From: a virus
Taxonomy: Duplodnaviria > Caudoviricetes
IMG/VR virus record: IMGVR_UViG_3300020045_003959
Span: 1-25,101 of that record
DNA: 25,101 nucleotides
Reading direction: 5' to 3' (one strand)
Below are positions 7,511-16,300 of the stretch, piece after piece; the first letter of the stretch is position 1, and every line of letters begins with the position of its first letter. The translations under genes were made by a program, and so were the position numbers. The notes beneath the pieces were generated by a model. That model saw only the letters and a list, made by a program, of their open reading frames with translations. It did no database searches and had not been told where the DNA came from.

Positions 7511-9856
7511 TTACTGGACCGTCTCGACTCCGATCATGTTTCCATCTTCGTCGCGGATTACTCGTTTCGGCGCAGTAAGTTGCTGTTGCATCGTCGAAAG
7601 TGAGTTACTGAAGTGCATTGCGACCTGCTGCATGGCCTGCTGCATCTCGGAAAGCATCGCGGTCACGTCCTGCGCCTGCTGCTGTCCGCTCTCGCTTTGG
7701 CCTTCAGATGACTGCCGCAGCGCGGTCATTTCGCGCAGCATAGCGATGCGCTCTTGGCTGGCGATGCGTTCGCGCTCGATGCTTTCTTTGCTCGCGGCGT
7801 CAATCTCAGTCTGGCGCGTCTGTGCGTCTGCTTTGATGCGTAATTCTTCGGACTTCGCCACGGCAGTCTGTTGCGCCTGTTCGTTCCTGAAGTTCGCCTC
7901 GTCAATCGCCTTCTTTTTCTCGAAGTCGAATTGCTCGCGCTTGAAGTCGTTGTCTGCCTGCTTCCCTTCAGCAACTTGCTTGAGTTGCGCGTTTTCCTGC
8001 TGCAACTGCTGGATCATTTGCTGGCCCTGCTGCATTTGCTGCTGAAGCTCCGGTGGTATCTGCGCTTGCTGTCCTTCTCCCTCTTTGCGAGGCGGCAAGA
8101 AGGATTCAATGTCGATACGCTCATCAAAGCGCCGGAGCGTTTCCTCAAGCAGCTTCATCACGGTTTCGGCCATGTCGTTCTGGCCGGCCTCGCGTAGCTG
8201 TATGATCTGCTCGACAGATTTCTGAATCTGCGGGAGCATCTGCCCCCACTGCTCGCGCTCTTTTGCCTTGTTCGGGCGCCCGGTCGATCCTGCGCGAATC
8301 TCGATCTGGACAAGGTCGAACACGTCGGCCTTGCTCATCTGTGGCCAGACCGCACCTTCTCCGGCAATCCGCTTTACCTGATCGACCGTCATCTGCTGAA
8401 GGCACAATTCAGCGGCGAACTGCGCCATTTCGGCGATCCAGTCTTCAACCACGTCAGAGCGTTCGGCAATGCGCGATTGAAGCCCTTGCGCCATGATTTC
8501 CGCCTCTGTGGCGGTCTTGGCTTTGTTAATCGACCCCTTGGCCGCATCTCCGGCGCCGAGCACCATCTCAGCGTCCCGCAGGATCGTTTGCACGTCATAC
8601 GTTGCAGGATCAACCGGCGGATTTTGCAGGATGGCAATATCGTTTTGAAGCGGTGTTTCTGGATTGCCTTCAATGCCGACCCACTGGCCTGACTTGCGAT
8701 TCGACAGCGCCTTAACGTCGGCGTCTGTAATGTCGCCGCCCTTGCGATAAACTCGCGTCGGCAAGTTCTCTTTGCGATGCTCGGCAAAGTTCGTGCGCGT
8801 CGTGTTGTATTCGTCCTGCAGCTCGATCAGAAGTTCGGTATCGGACAGCGGCTTAATTGACCCGTCGACCGGATTGAACGCCAGGGCAAAGAACGGATAG
8901 AATCGACGGCCTAAGACTTCCGGCGTGTAAGGATCTCGCGCCCATTCATCAGCGCCAGCGCACAGCGTATAAACGCGATTACTCGTCCGGTCCCACACTT
9001 CGAACACGGCCACAAGCTCAACGGCTGATTCATCCTTTGATGCGCTGCGCTCTTTCTTGTCGCCGCCGTATCGGTTCGCGGTCTTCGGCGGCTCCTTCTT
9101 GAATGTCTGCTCGTACTCCTCCGTCGTCATCCATACGCGATGCGCAATGGCGCCGGCCTGCGGGTAGCCGTCAAAGTCGTACATCGTGTCATCGAGGATG
9201 AATATATCCTCGGTCAGCGGCCGGTCAATCGCCACGCTGGAAACGACCGTCACCTCGGCTTGTTGCTCGAGCGCGGCAATCTGCTGCTCTAGTTCGGCCT
9301 GTTGCGCTTCAAGCTCGCTTTTGCCGCCGTCGTCTTCCTCAATTTCGCTGATCAGATGCCGGATGCGCTGAAGATTGTCTTGCGAGTCGGAAAGGCGCGT
9401 TTCGATGATCGGATCGGTGTTGATGTCCTTTTGCCAGCTAACCTTGGCCCATCCGATGCTTGTCGTCATCGCCGAGCGAATCGCCGCCTTGGCGCGCGGC
9501 TTGAGCTTCGCGTCCTTGATGAATACGCGATTCAGGACAGATTGCAGCGTCTTGCAGAAACCCGGAACCCATACGGCGGACGGTCCAGCGGCTTCAGTCG
9601 GCGTGACGGCGATTTCGGGATTCTTGGCGTAAATCTGCGGCAGTATTGCGGCAAAGTTCGAATGAATGATGTTTGTGCGAACAAGACCTGGAGAGTCATC
9701 GCCGCCTACATCGCCGCGAACGTACTTGCGCAGCTTCTTGAATCGTTCCTCTGTCTTTTCTTTGCTTTGCGTCTTCAGCGCGGATTCAAGGCGCTTTCCC
9801 CAGCGCTTTGCGAGTGCTTTGTCCTGTTCGGATAGTTCGGGCGTTTCCTTGTCCAT
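7511..9856 (-). CDS. Portal protein, P22/podovirus-type with long Q-rich C-terminal coiled coil
   Basis: About 781 aa downstream of TerL; KTATEAEI motif typical of this portal class; ATG at 9856 overlaps the upstream TGA (TGATG). Confidence 0.85.
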   Translation of the reverse strand: MDKETPELSEQDKALAKRWGKRLESALKTQSKEKTEERFKKLRKYVRGDVGGDDSPGLVRTNIIHSNFAAILPQIYAKNPEIAVTPTEAAGPSAVWVPGFCKTLQSVLNRVFIKDAKLKPRAKAAIRSAMTTSIGWAKVSWQKDINTDPIIETRLSDSQDNLQRIRHLISEIEEDDGGKSELEAQQAELEQQIAALEQQAEVTVVSSVAIDRPLTEDIFILDDTMYDFDGYPQAGAIAHRVWMTTEEYEQTFKKEPPKTANRYGGDKKERSASKDESAVELVAVFEVWDRTSNRVYTLCAGADEWARDPYTPEVLGRRFYPFFALAFNPVDGSIKPLSDTELLIELQDEYNTTRTNFAEHRKENLPTRVYRKGGDITDADVKALSNRKSGQWVGIEGNPETPLQNDIAILQNPPVDPATYDVQTILRDAEMVLGAGDAAKGSINKAKTATEAEIMAQGLQSRIAERSDVVEDWIAEMAQFAAELCLQQMTVDQVKRIAGEGAVWPQMSKADVFDLVQIEIRAGSTGRPNKAKEREQWGQMLPQIQKSVEQIIQLREAGQNDMAETVMKLLEETLRRFDERIDIESFLPPRKEGEGQQAQIPPELQQQMQQGQQMIQQLQQENAQLKQVAEGKQADNDFKREQFDFEKKKAIDEANFRNEQAQQTAVAKSEELRIKADAQTRQTEIDAASKESIERERIASQERIAMLREMTALRQSSEGQSESGQQQAQDVTAMLSEMQQAMQQVAMHFSNSLSTMQQQLTAPKRVIRDEDGNMIGVETVQ

Positions 9857-10176
9857 CAATGCAGCCCTTTCACTTCGACAGTGGCTTGCAGTCCGGTATT
9901 AGCGTCGAAGTTCCTAGCGGCCTTAATCGTGTCGGCCAGACCGTTTTGCGCCAGGTCTTCGGCGACTTCAGGGAAGAACTTTGACGCACGAACGACAATG
10001 GCTTCACCTTCAAGCAGGGAGCCATTGACCGTATAAATCCAGAAGTCTTTGCCGACATCAGCCGCGCAATGCGCTTCAAACTGTGCGGACGGATCGGCGA
10101 GAGCAAGAAGCTGCTCGAAATTGATTGATGGCCGCGTAATTCGCAGCCCTTGAATTATTTGCGCGACTTCATCCAT
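9856..10176 (-). CDS. Hypothetical protein between TerL and portal (106 aa)
   Basis: ATG at 10176 (MDEVAQ) 6 nt after the TATAAA of the repeated promoter motif; stop coupled to the portal start. Confidence 0.65.
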   Translation of the reverse strand: MDEVAQIIQGLRITRPSINFEQLLALADPSAQFEAHCAADVGKDFWIYTVNGSLLEGEAIVVRASKFFPEVAEDLAQNGLADTIKAARNFDANTGLQATVEVKGLH

Positions 10177-10214
10177 TCGCGTTTTATAACGCTCGCGGAT
10201 CAAGATGATAAATT
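10172..10214 (-). promoter_or_regulatory. Putative late promoter, copy 2 (upstream of the portal operon)
   Basis: 17-bp exact match to 1318-1334 plus TATAAA and ATGGA at identical offsets. Confidence 0.7.
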
Positions 10215-11662
10215 CAATCTATGGGGATAACTGATCGGTAGCGGCTGACGCCTTTCTTTTCATCGGTGATCGACAGCAGGTGGTCGAACGTCCCAGGTTT
10301 CGGCCCCCTGGTCGGCTTCATCCCGTCGCGCACGATTGGCCGCGCCATACATCCATAACGCGCCGCATCGGGTCCGTGGTCTTCTTGGTCGCTATCCACG
10401 TCTTCCGGGTCGTGCTCGTCGTGCTGAAGCGCCGGCAGCGTGCGAATCAGATGGACACACGTTTCAAAGACGAACATCAGCGGCTTGCCGTCGTCGTCAT
10501 CGTTCAAGCGAATGCGCATCTGTTCCCATCCTGCCTTGCGCTTGTTGTCAGCGTGGCGCCACTTGACGCCATTCTTGCGCATTGTCTCTGCGATGGACTC
10601 GCCGCCGTCAGCCGTGAAGATTGCAGGATCAGCAACGCCCCATCCACCTTCTTCGGTCGTCTCCTTCTGATCCTTTCGCTTGATTTCCTGCGCGACTCTA
10701 TCGGCGGTCATCTTCAGGCCTTTATTCGGCTCGTCGGCCATGCCGTAATACTCGCGATAGAACACCAGGGCCCCGCGCGGATACTCTCGTATTGATCCAT
10801 CAGACACAGCGATCCAGTAGCAGGCGAATGGCTTAGCAGACCCCCAATCGAACGCCCGGTATCGCGTCCAGTGAAGGGGAATGGCGAATGGCTTGACGAC
10901 ATGCTTCTGGCGCGAGAACTCTGTGAAGTACGCGCCGGCCACAATCTCCCAGTCGCCATCGAGCATCGCACGGACAAGCGCCTCATTACCCAGGCCAGAC
11001 AGCCGGTCAGCGTAGCCATCATCCATCGTCGGATTGTCTTGTAGTTTCGCCGGGATGTACTGGCGCAACATACCGCCCTCTTTCGGCAGCATCTGGCGAG
11101 TGACCATTGGCACAGCGCCATCGATGAAAGACGCCTTTACCCAATGATGCCCAATGCCGCCAGGATTCGCGCCGGAGAGGATGCGCGGGAACTGGCCGCG
11201 CCATCGTTCAGGCACAACGAATCCGCCGAGACGGCAGCGGCCACGCAGGAAGCGGTAAATCTTCTCGCTGAAGTGAGTTAGCTCATCGATCAGCAGCGCA
11301 TGGATTTCGGCGCCCTGGTACTTGATCACGTCCTTTTCGTGCTGACAGTGGCACAAGTGGATCTTCGAACCATTCGAGAAAATCACCTGGCCATCGCTGA
11401 AGTTAATCTTGCACAATCCGGCGCCGAGCCAATCGGCAAGCATCGCCGGGAAGCTGCTGCCGCCTTCCATGTGGTTCTTCCACAAGTCCGGGTAAGTGCG
11501 CCGAAAGAGATAGACCTGAATGCCGGGAATATCAACGCACCAAGCGATCGCACAAACGCGCATAAGGTGCGACTTTCCGCCGCCGGCCGCACCTCCGTAC
11601 AAAATCTCAGTGGATTGGCTCTCGAATGCGAATGATTGCTTCTGGTGAAGTTCTAGCCTCAA
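10214..11662 (-). CDS. terL: Terminase large subunit
   Basis: Walker A YGGAAGGGKS, Walker B LLIDEL, motif III GANPGG, nuclease-domain FDWG and DHGPDAARY; TTG start. Confidence 0.95.
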   Translation of the reverse strand: MRLELHQKQSFAFESQSTEILYGGAAGGGKSHLMRVCAIAWCVDIPGIQVYLFRRTYPDLWKNHMEGGSSFPAMLADWLGAGLCKINFSDGQVIFSNGSKIHLCHCQHEKDVIKYQGAEIHALLIDELTHFSEKIYRFLRGRCRLGGFVVPERWRGQFPRILSGANPGGIGHHWVKASFIDGAVPMVTRQMLPKEGGMLRQYIPAKLQDNPTMDDGYADRLSGLGNEALVRAMLDGDWEIVAGAYFTEFSRQKHVVKPFAIPLHWTRYRAFDWGSAKPFACYWIAVSDGSIREYPRGALVFYREYYGMADEPNKGLKMTADRVAQEIKRKDQKETTEEGGWGVADPAIFTADGGESIAETMRKNGVKWRHADNKRKAGWEQMRIRLNDDDDGKPLMFVFETCVHLIRTLPALQHDEHDPEDVDSDQEDHGPDAARYGCMARPIVRDGMKPTRGPKPGTFDHLLSITDEKKGVSRYRSVIPID

Positions 11663-11663
11663 T

Positions 11664-12038
11664 TTATGGCTTATTCTTTACTAATAGCGAATCGGCTATA
11701 GATCGAAGAATGTTTGACACGTTTTCGGCATCAGCCCTGTCGCAAAAATTCAAAGAACATTCTCTGAAAAGCTCACGTAAAGAAACTTTAGCAGTTGCGT
11801 AAGCTTCAAATTCACTAAGCTCAATAGAGCAATCAATACTTAGGTCGTTATCTTCAGAGTCAAAAGCGTCTAAAGATATTCTGGAATTTGCCCCAACATC
11901 GGAAAAAATGACGTCAATGCATTTTTCTAAGTGGTTGTGTATGGCCTTTTCTATTTCTGAAGAATCGCTATATAAATTCCACTCGGAGAAATCAGCTTTT
12001 GCATCTTTGTTTCGATACATCTTAATTTCTACGCTCAT
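11664..12038 (-). CDS. Low-GC hypothetical protein inserted between terS and terL
   Basis: AAGGA SD; 124-aa acidic ORF; hand count 113 G+C in 11701-12000 (about 38%), far below the flanking genes. Confidence 0.75.
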   Translation of the reverse strand: MSVEIKMYRNKDAKADFSEWNLYSDSSEIEKAIHNHLEKCIDVIFSDVGANSRISLDAFDSEDNDLSIDCSIELSEFEAYATAKVSLRELFRECSLNFCDRADAENVSNILRSIADSLLVKNKP

Positions 12039-12049
12039 TTTGCTTTCCT

Positions 12050-12592
12050 TTAGTTTTTGTGCAGAATGATTTCGAGCTTTGGTGCTTCAACGATCACCGG
12101 CCCGCCATCTTTTCCGGTTAATTCCACCTTGTCTTTAAACATCCCAAGGTGCCGTCCAATATCCACAAGCGCCCCTTTTTTGTCGTGCATCTTGATCTTC
12201 AACCCTTGCGCGGTCTGTGAAATCTCGGAGATTGCCGCCGCCGTGTCGTTGTCGATTTGCTCGCTGCCGATCAAAGAAACGCCATTCGAAATAACTATTT
12301 CGCCCGACTCAGGATCTTGCACAGAGAGTCCGTCGCCCCATTGCACAGCCTTTCGAATGTCGGCAAAGCCTATCTTGGCAAGCTCGTTCAAAACGCGATC
12401 TTGAGTGATTTCCGTGCGCTTCTCGCGGTCTTTCATTCGAGCAGATAACTCGGCTTGAATATAAGGTTTTCTTAGGTTTTCATCACCGATAACCGATGCT
12501 GTTTTTGACGAGTACCCAGCACGAATCGCCGCCTGAGTTGCATTCAGGTCAATCAGGTACTCATCGATAAACCGTTTCTGTTTTGGAGTCAC
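12050..12592 (-). CDS. terS: Terminase small subunit
   Basis: TPKQKRFIDEYLIDLNATQAAIRAGYS...KPYIQ and IKMHDKKGAL..IGRHLGMF are classic Terminase_2 family motifs; GTGA overlap start. Confidence 0.95.
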   Translation of the reverse strand: MTPKQKRFIDEYLIDLNATQAAIRAGYSSKTASVIGDENLRKPYIQAELSARMKDREKRTEITQDRVLNELAKIGFADIRKAVQWGDGLSVQDPESGEIVISNGVSLIGSEQIDNDTAAAISEISQTAQGLKIKMHDKKGALVDIGRHLGMFKDKVELTGKDGGPVIVEAPKLEIILHKN

Positions 12593-12825
12593 TTCTCACG
12601 CTCTGCTAGCATTGCGTCAGAAATCATGTAAGCATCCTCTGCTAAAGACTCTATATATCTTTCGGCTTCTATTTCCCACAATTCATGAAGCCTTCCGCTT
12701 AATATAAGAGACGACATCGCCTTCGCCGCTAAGTAGTCCCTGATCGTCATTCCCTCTTGTGTCACTTCGCCCATTGATCCGTGCGACGGAAACGCCGGAC
12801 CGCCTGTACTCTTCATCTCATTCAT
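12589..12825 (-). CDS. Conserved small phage protein (GGPAFP...GMTIRDYLAAKAM type)
   Basis: Recognisable motif common in proteobacterial phages; overlaps neighbours by 4 nt at both ends. Confidence 0.75.
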   Translation of the reverse strand: MNEMKSTGGPAFPSHGSMGEVTQEGMTIRDYLAAKAMSSLILSGRLHELWEIEAERYIESLAEDAYMISDAMLAEREK

Positions 12826-13028
12826 CCCTTCACCATGATCGCCCTTCCCGACTTCCCGCTGATAAATCGCTTCAAGTGAATCTCCCCTCTATCTGCCGCC
12901 CTGCGTAGCACTGCTTGAACGGTATTCGGCGCCGCTCCCGTTTCCCGGCTCAGCTCCGCCACGGTCCGATAAAACTGCGCCTTGCTCAAAATAACCTTGC
13001 CGATTGTTGCGGGTCGGCCTGGCTTCAT
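12822..13028 (-). CDS. Small winged-helix DNA-binding protein
   Basis: TVAELSRETGAAPNTVQAVLRR HTH pattern; ATGA coupling. Confidence 0.65.
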   Translation of the reverse strand: MKPGRPATIGKVILSKAQFYRTVAELSRETGAAPNTVQAVLRRAADRGEIHLKRFISGKSGRAIMVKG

Positions 13029-13255
13029 TGAAGGCCCTGCCGCTTGAGCAGCTCATCCCGCCGATTCGCATCCGTCGCGCACGATTCCTGCCCGTAGCTG
13101 CAATACTTCCGGCCATCCGGAGACGGATCGCTACACCAAGCGCAATGCGTGTGATACGTCGTGTCGGTCTGGTTCGCTTCGAAGTGCGCCTGGCGGATAG
13201 CGGTTTCAGTCCAGAGCGTTTCTACTTCGTTTGCGGCGTCGATGATGTCGCTCAT
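13025..13255 (-). CDS. TraR/DksA-like C4 zinc-finger protein (76 aa)
   Basis: N-terminal MSDIIDAANE (DxxDxA) followed by CAWC...YC...SC; start re-called to ATG at 13255, coupled to the upstream stop. Confidence 0.6.
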   Translation of the reverse strand: MSDIIDAANEVETLWTETAIRQAHFEANQTDTTYHTHCAWCSDPSPDGRKYCSYGQESCATDANRRDELLKRQGLQ

Positions 13256-13674
13256 CAGAATTCCTCCAATATCCATCCGCCGCCCTTTTTGACGGGCAAC
13301 TTTGTCGCCTTGATCATCTGGAACCACGGCATGACTTCGGCGCATAGCTTGATTTTCATCTGGCCCTTGTCGGTAGTGAATCCGCCCTTTGTTTCGTGGA
13401 TGGCCAGCGTCATGTCATCGTGCAGCACCAGAAAATCAACCTCGTAGTACGTGTTGTCGGCCAGGCGCACGCGCATAGGGTGAAACTTCCAGCCAATTAC
13501 CTTGCCCATTGTGCGAAGCGCTTCAAGTCGCCGGGCGTACTCCGTTTCGGTCTTGTTCATCTTCCCTTTGGGAAGCCGGCCAAGCGCGCGGAAACGCTCT
13601 GAGCCTGTTTGGTTGAGCGACTGGCTCTTGTGGCGCGACTGCGCTGCGCTGAACTGCTCCGGCGTCATCCTCAT
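13255..13674 (-). CDS. DUF1064-like PD-(D/E)XK endonuclease
   Basis: MNKTETEY...YEVDFLV...IHETKG pattern; nin-region position. Confidence 0.7.
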   Translation of the reverse strand: MRMTPEQFSAAQSRHKSQSLNQTGSERFRALGRLPKGKMNKTETEYARRLEALRTMGKVIGWKFHPMRVRLADNTYYEVDFLVLHDDMTLAIHETKGGFTTDKGQMKIKLCAEVMPWFQMIKATKLPVKKGGGWILEEF

Positions 13675-13955
13675 CGAACTCCCTTTCGTTTCAATATCCG
13701 CTCAACCCCGGCCACGGTGGCCGCCATCAAATCCAATTCACTACCGAACTGACGCTCGAAGTTTTCCCGGTCGCAATGGATCGAGTAGCCGCCTGTGTGA
13801 TGCTCCGGGCAGAGCGCAATCGTCAAGTGATCTGACTGGCGCTTCCCGAGTTGGCCTGTGCGCATGTGATGGACTTGCACTGGTGAGGATTCGCCAAGCT
13901 GCGCGCATACGACGCAAGGAACTTGAGCGACGAGGCCCATCCAGAGCGAACTCAT
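13671..13955 (-). CDS. DUF968/Ref-like Zn-binding HNH-related protein
   Basis: PCVVC...VQVHH...SDHLTIALCPEHH...IH motif; ATGA overlap with the NinB stop. Confidence 0.75.
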   Translation of the reverse strand: MSSLWMGLVAQVPCVVCAQLGESSPVQVHHMRTGQLGKRQSDHLTIALCPEHHTGGYSIHCDRENFERQFGSELDLMAATVAGVERILKRKGVR

Positions 13956-14428
13956 CGCCAACCCCTCGTTGTAATCTCGCCAGTCTCTTGATCGATGAAT
14001 TCATCCATGCTCACATCAAAGACCACGCCCAACTCAGTCACAGCAAACGCCGTAACCTTCTCGATCAACGTGGCGTAGCCGCGAACGCCTAGATCCTCTG
14101 TGGACACCCGAACGGAGCGCTTTGACTTCCGGCCGGTCAAAGGATTGGTGTAGCTTTTCCGCTTCTCGCCCAGGAACGTCTTGCGAAAATGCTCTTTCCA
14201 CGTGGCCATTGAAAATACTTGATCGCCGGGCCTTGCTTGCCGCGCAATCTCCATCAGGATGTATCCGTGGTAATACTTGCGCTGCCTGTCGGTCAAGTGA
14301 TCCTCATAGGGCCGAATCTCCGCGACGTGGCGATTCCCGGCGACGAGTTCAGGCTTGATGCTCTGCCACAACTGCGCAAACTGCTGATGCGCGGTTACGG
14401 GGCTTGATAGGACGATGGCAGCTTCCAT
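13952..14428 (-). CDS. ninB: NinB (Orf)-family recombination protein
   Basis: TDRQRKYYH...WKEHF...STEDL...LIEKVTAFA..LGV pattern and position upstream of a DUF968-like gene. Confidence 0.65.
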   Translation of the reverse strand: MEAAIVLSSPVTAHQQFAQLWQSIKPELVAGNRHVAEIRPYEDHLTDRQRKYYHGYILMEIARQARPGDQVFSMATWKEHFRKTFLGEKRKSYTNPLTGRKSKRSVRVSTEDLGVRGYATLIEKVTAFAVTELGVVFDVSMDEFIDQETGEITTRGWR

Positions 14429-15336
14429 TAATTACCCACCTCCGAGCAATCTCCATGCTGTCGCGGCTTGGAGCGGCACTTGTGCGTTTCCGTAGCCTTT
14501 AAGCTGGCCCACCCGATTGGGAATCCCATGAGCCACGCGGTCCAATTCGGGCTCAACGGTCCACCAGCTTGAGCAGCTAACGTCGGTGTATTCCGTTCGG
14601 ATTCGCTCTTGGCGTTGCACTCCTTGGCGTTGTGCGCCGTAGGCGTCGGCCACATCTTCACCGCTGAAACCAGCCCAGGCGTCCGTCTGTTCCGCTCTGA
14701 AGGACAATCTCCGCGCTGTGACGCACTTGGAGTAGGCCACAGAGCTCGCTTCGCCATCAACGCCAAAGTCGGGCGATGGTTCGAGCTTCCAATTGACGTA
14801 TTGAACCTGCCCGATCCCGCGTCGATTGAAACCGGAGTTGGCAAGTAAGAACCACCTGTCTCTGTGATGCGGCGCTCCGACATCGGATGCGCGAATGCAG
14901 AGCCACCGGCAGTCATACCCCATCTCGGCCAAGTCTGCGAGAACGGTTCCGAGTCCGTTAGAAAGGATTGCTGCAACGTTTTCCAAGAACAGGAAGCGTG
15001 GTTGAACGATGCCAGCAATGCGCAGGACTTCACGGTAAAGACCTGATCGGGTTCCCTTAGATACGCCTGCTTGCTTTCCAGCGACGCTAATGTCTTGGCA
15101 AGGGAATCCCGCATGAATGCAATCCACGCGGCCGGCGTACTCGGATGGATCGAACAGCCGGACGTCGCCTTCCCACACGTGCAATCCAGGGAACCATCCG
15201 TCAGCGGCTCGTTGGCGCAAGACTGCACAGGCGTATTTATCCCACTCAACAGCGACAATTGGATCATGTCCGAGAATGAGGTCGGCAAGTAGTCCACCGC
15301 CGATTCCTGCAAAGAGGTGCATGGTGCGCATATCAT
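14428..15336 (-). CDS. Overlapping alternative-frame ORF: putative C5-methyltransferase beta polypeptide (motif IX/TRD)
   Basis: 302 open codons over the MTase gene; GPLSPNWTAWLMGFPIGW resembles motif IX; LPTP/WPTP/WPTP repeats; ATGA overlap with the upstream stop and TAATG overlap with the ninB start. Confidence 0.7.
   Translation of the reverse strand: MICAPCTSLQESAVDYLPTSFSDMIQLSLLSGINTPVQSCANEPLTDGSLDCTCGKATSGCSIHPSTPAAWIAFMRDSLAKTLASLESKQAYLREPDQVFTVKSCALLASFNHASCSWKTLQQSFLTDSEPFSQTWPRWGMTAGGSAFAHPMSERRITETGGSYLPTPVSIDAGSGRFNTSIGSSNHRPTLALMAKRALWPTPSASQRGDCPSERNRRTPGLVSAVKMWPTPTAHNAKECNAKSESERNTPTLAAQAGGPLSPNWTAWLMGFPIGWASLKATETHKCRSKPRQHGDCSEVGN
14432..15331 (-). CDS. DNA (cytosine-5) methyltransferase, catalytic (alpha) polypeptide, 299 aa
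   Basis: Motifs I LFAGIGG, IV GFPCQ, VI LENV, VIII HRDRWF, X YGNAQVP; no motif IX visible in this frame. Confidence 0.9.
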   Translation of the reverse strand: MRTMHLFAGIGGGLLADLILGHDPIVAVEWDKYACAVLRQRAADGWFPGLHVWEGDVRLFDPSEYAGRVDCIHAGFPCQDISVAGKQAGVSKGTRSGLYREVLRIAGIVQPRFLFLENVAAILSNGLGTVLADLAEMGYDCRWLCIRASDVGAPHHRDRWFLLANSGFNRRGIGQVQYVNWKLEPSPDFGVDGEASSVAYSKCVTARRLSFRAEQTDAWAGFSGEDVADAYGAQRQGVQRQERIRTEYTDVSCSSWWTVEPELDRVAHGIPNRVGQLKGYGNAQVPLQAATAWRLLGGG

Positions 15337-15617
15337 CCCGCCTTCCCTTCTCTCGCTCGCCGTTTAAACCACTCGTTTCTGACTGATTCGCGCAACTCGT
15401 TAGCCGCCTTTGCTCCGCGCATCTTCTCCACTCGATCCATATACCCGGCGCGGCTGGCTTGCGGCATGTCCAGCACCGTGCGAATTTCACAGGATCTGCG
15501 GTAGGTTTCAGATTCGAGCATCCCGCGCTGTTCGGCTTCTTCCCGAGTAAGCATCCCGTCGAATTCGCAGATAGCTGCGCGTTCTTCGCGGATTTCTTTA
15601 CAGATGGTTTCGGTCAT
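15333..15617 (-). CDS. Hypothetical phage protein (ERAAICEFDG motif)
   Basis: EERAAICEFDGMLTREEAE motif seen in phage replication-region proteins; ATGA coupling. Confidence 0.7.
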   Translation of the reverse strand: MTETICKEIREERAAICEFDGMLTREEAEQRGMLESETYRRSCEIRTVLDMPQASRAGYMDRVEKMRGAKAANELRESVRNEWFKRRAREGKAG

Positions 15618-16300
15618 AGCGCAAGCCCGATCTGCTCTTGCTTGATTGATGGCGCAAATAACGACTCTTGGCGCTGTGCGTTCTCGATGCGCTGGCAGGC
15701 TGCCGAGAAGTAGTCGGCGTCTAACTCACAACCAACGAACTTGAAGCCGAGATTGTTTGCAGCGATTGCGCTTGATCCGCTGCCGAGGTGAGTGTCAATC
15801 ACAGACTGCCCACCCTCGCAATAGTTGGTCAGCAGCCACTCATAAAGCTCGACCGGCTTTTGTGATATGTGGATCTTCTTCTCTGCCGACGATGCCCCTG
15901 CTAGGCTTCCGTAATACCGAAACGGGAAACATTTAGCAGGGCGCTTAAACGACGTCCACGCCAGTTCTCCGTCTGAAAAGTTGTCGACCGGGTTTTGTTT
16001 GTACCAAAATATAAATCCTTGAGTCGGCGGCAATGGAAAGTAGTTTCCTCCCCAAATAATCTGATTCTTGCTAACCCTTTCAAGCTCTGAAAAATAAGCA
16101 GCGTCGGGAATGCTCTCATCCCATTTGCGCGGTACGTTATGAGCAAATCGTCCGTCCTTACGCGGCCTTTCCTTCGCCATATTCAAACCATACGGAGGAT
16201 CGACAATCGCCAAGTCGAACGCCTTGTCATCAAGGCCGCGCATGTAGTCCATGCAATCACCGCAGTACAAAGTCGCATTTCCAATGATTACCGGAGTCAT
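15614..16300 (-). CDS. DNA N6-adenine/N4-cytosine methyltransferase (beta class), 228 aa
   Basis: LYCGDCM, catalytic DPPY, H.SQKPVEL, SAM-binding DTHLGSGSS, GCELD; start re-called to ATG at 16300 (ATGA overlap). Confidence 0.9.
   Translation of the reverse strand: MTPVIIGNATLYCGDCMDYMRGLDDKAFDLAIVDPPYGLNMAKERPRKDGRFAHNVPRKWDESIPDAAYFSELERVSKNQIIWGGNYFPLPPTQGFIFWYKQNPVDNFSDGELAWTSFKRPAKCFPFRYYGSLAGASSAEKKIHISQKPVELYEWLLTNYCEGGQSVIDTHLGSGSSAIAANNLGFKFVGCELDADYFSAACQRIENAQRQESLFAPSIKQEQIGLAL

Noticed and set aside
7640-8080. CAG/CTG-rich repeats in the portal (and scaffold) genes as a repeat array or CRISPR
   Set aside because: They simply encode Gln-rich coiled coils; there are no constant repeats with unique spacers anywhere in the window.
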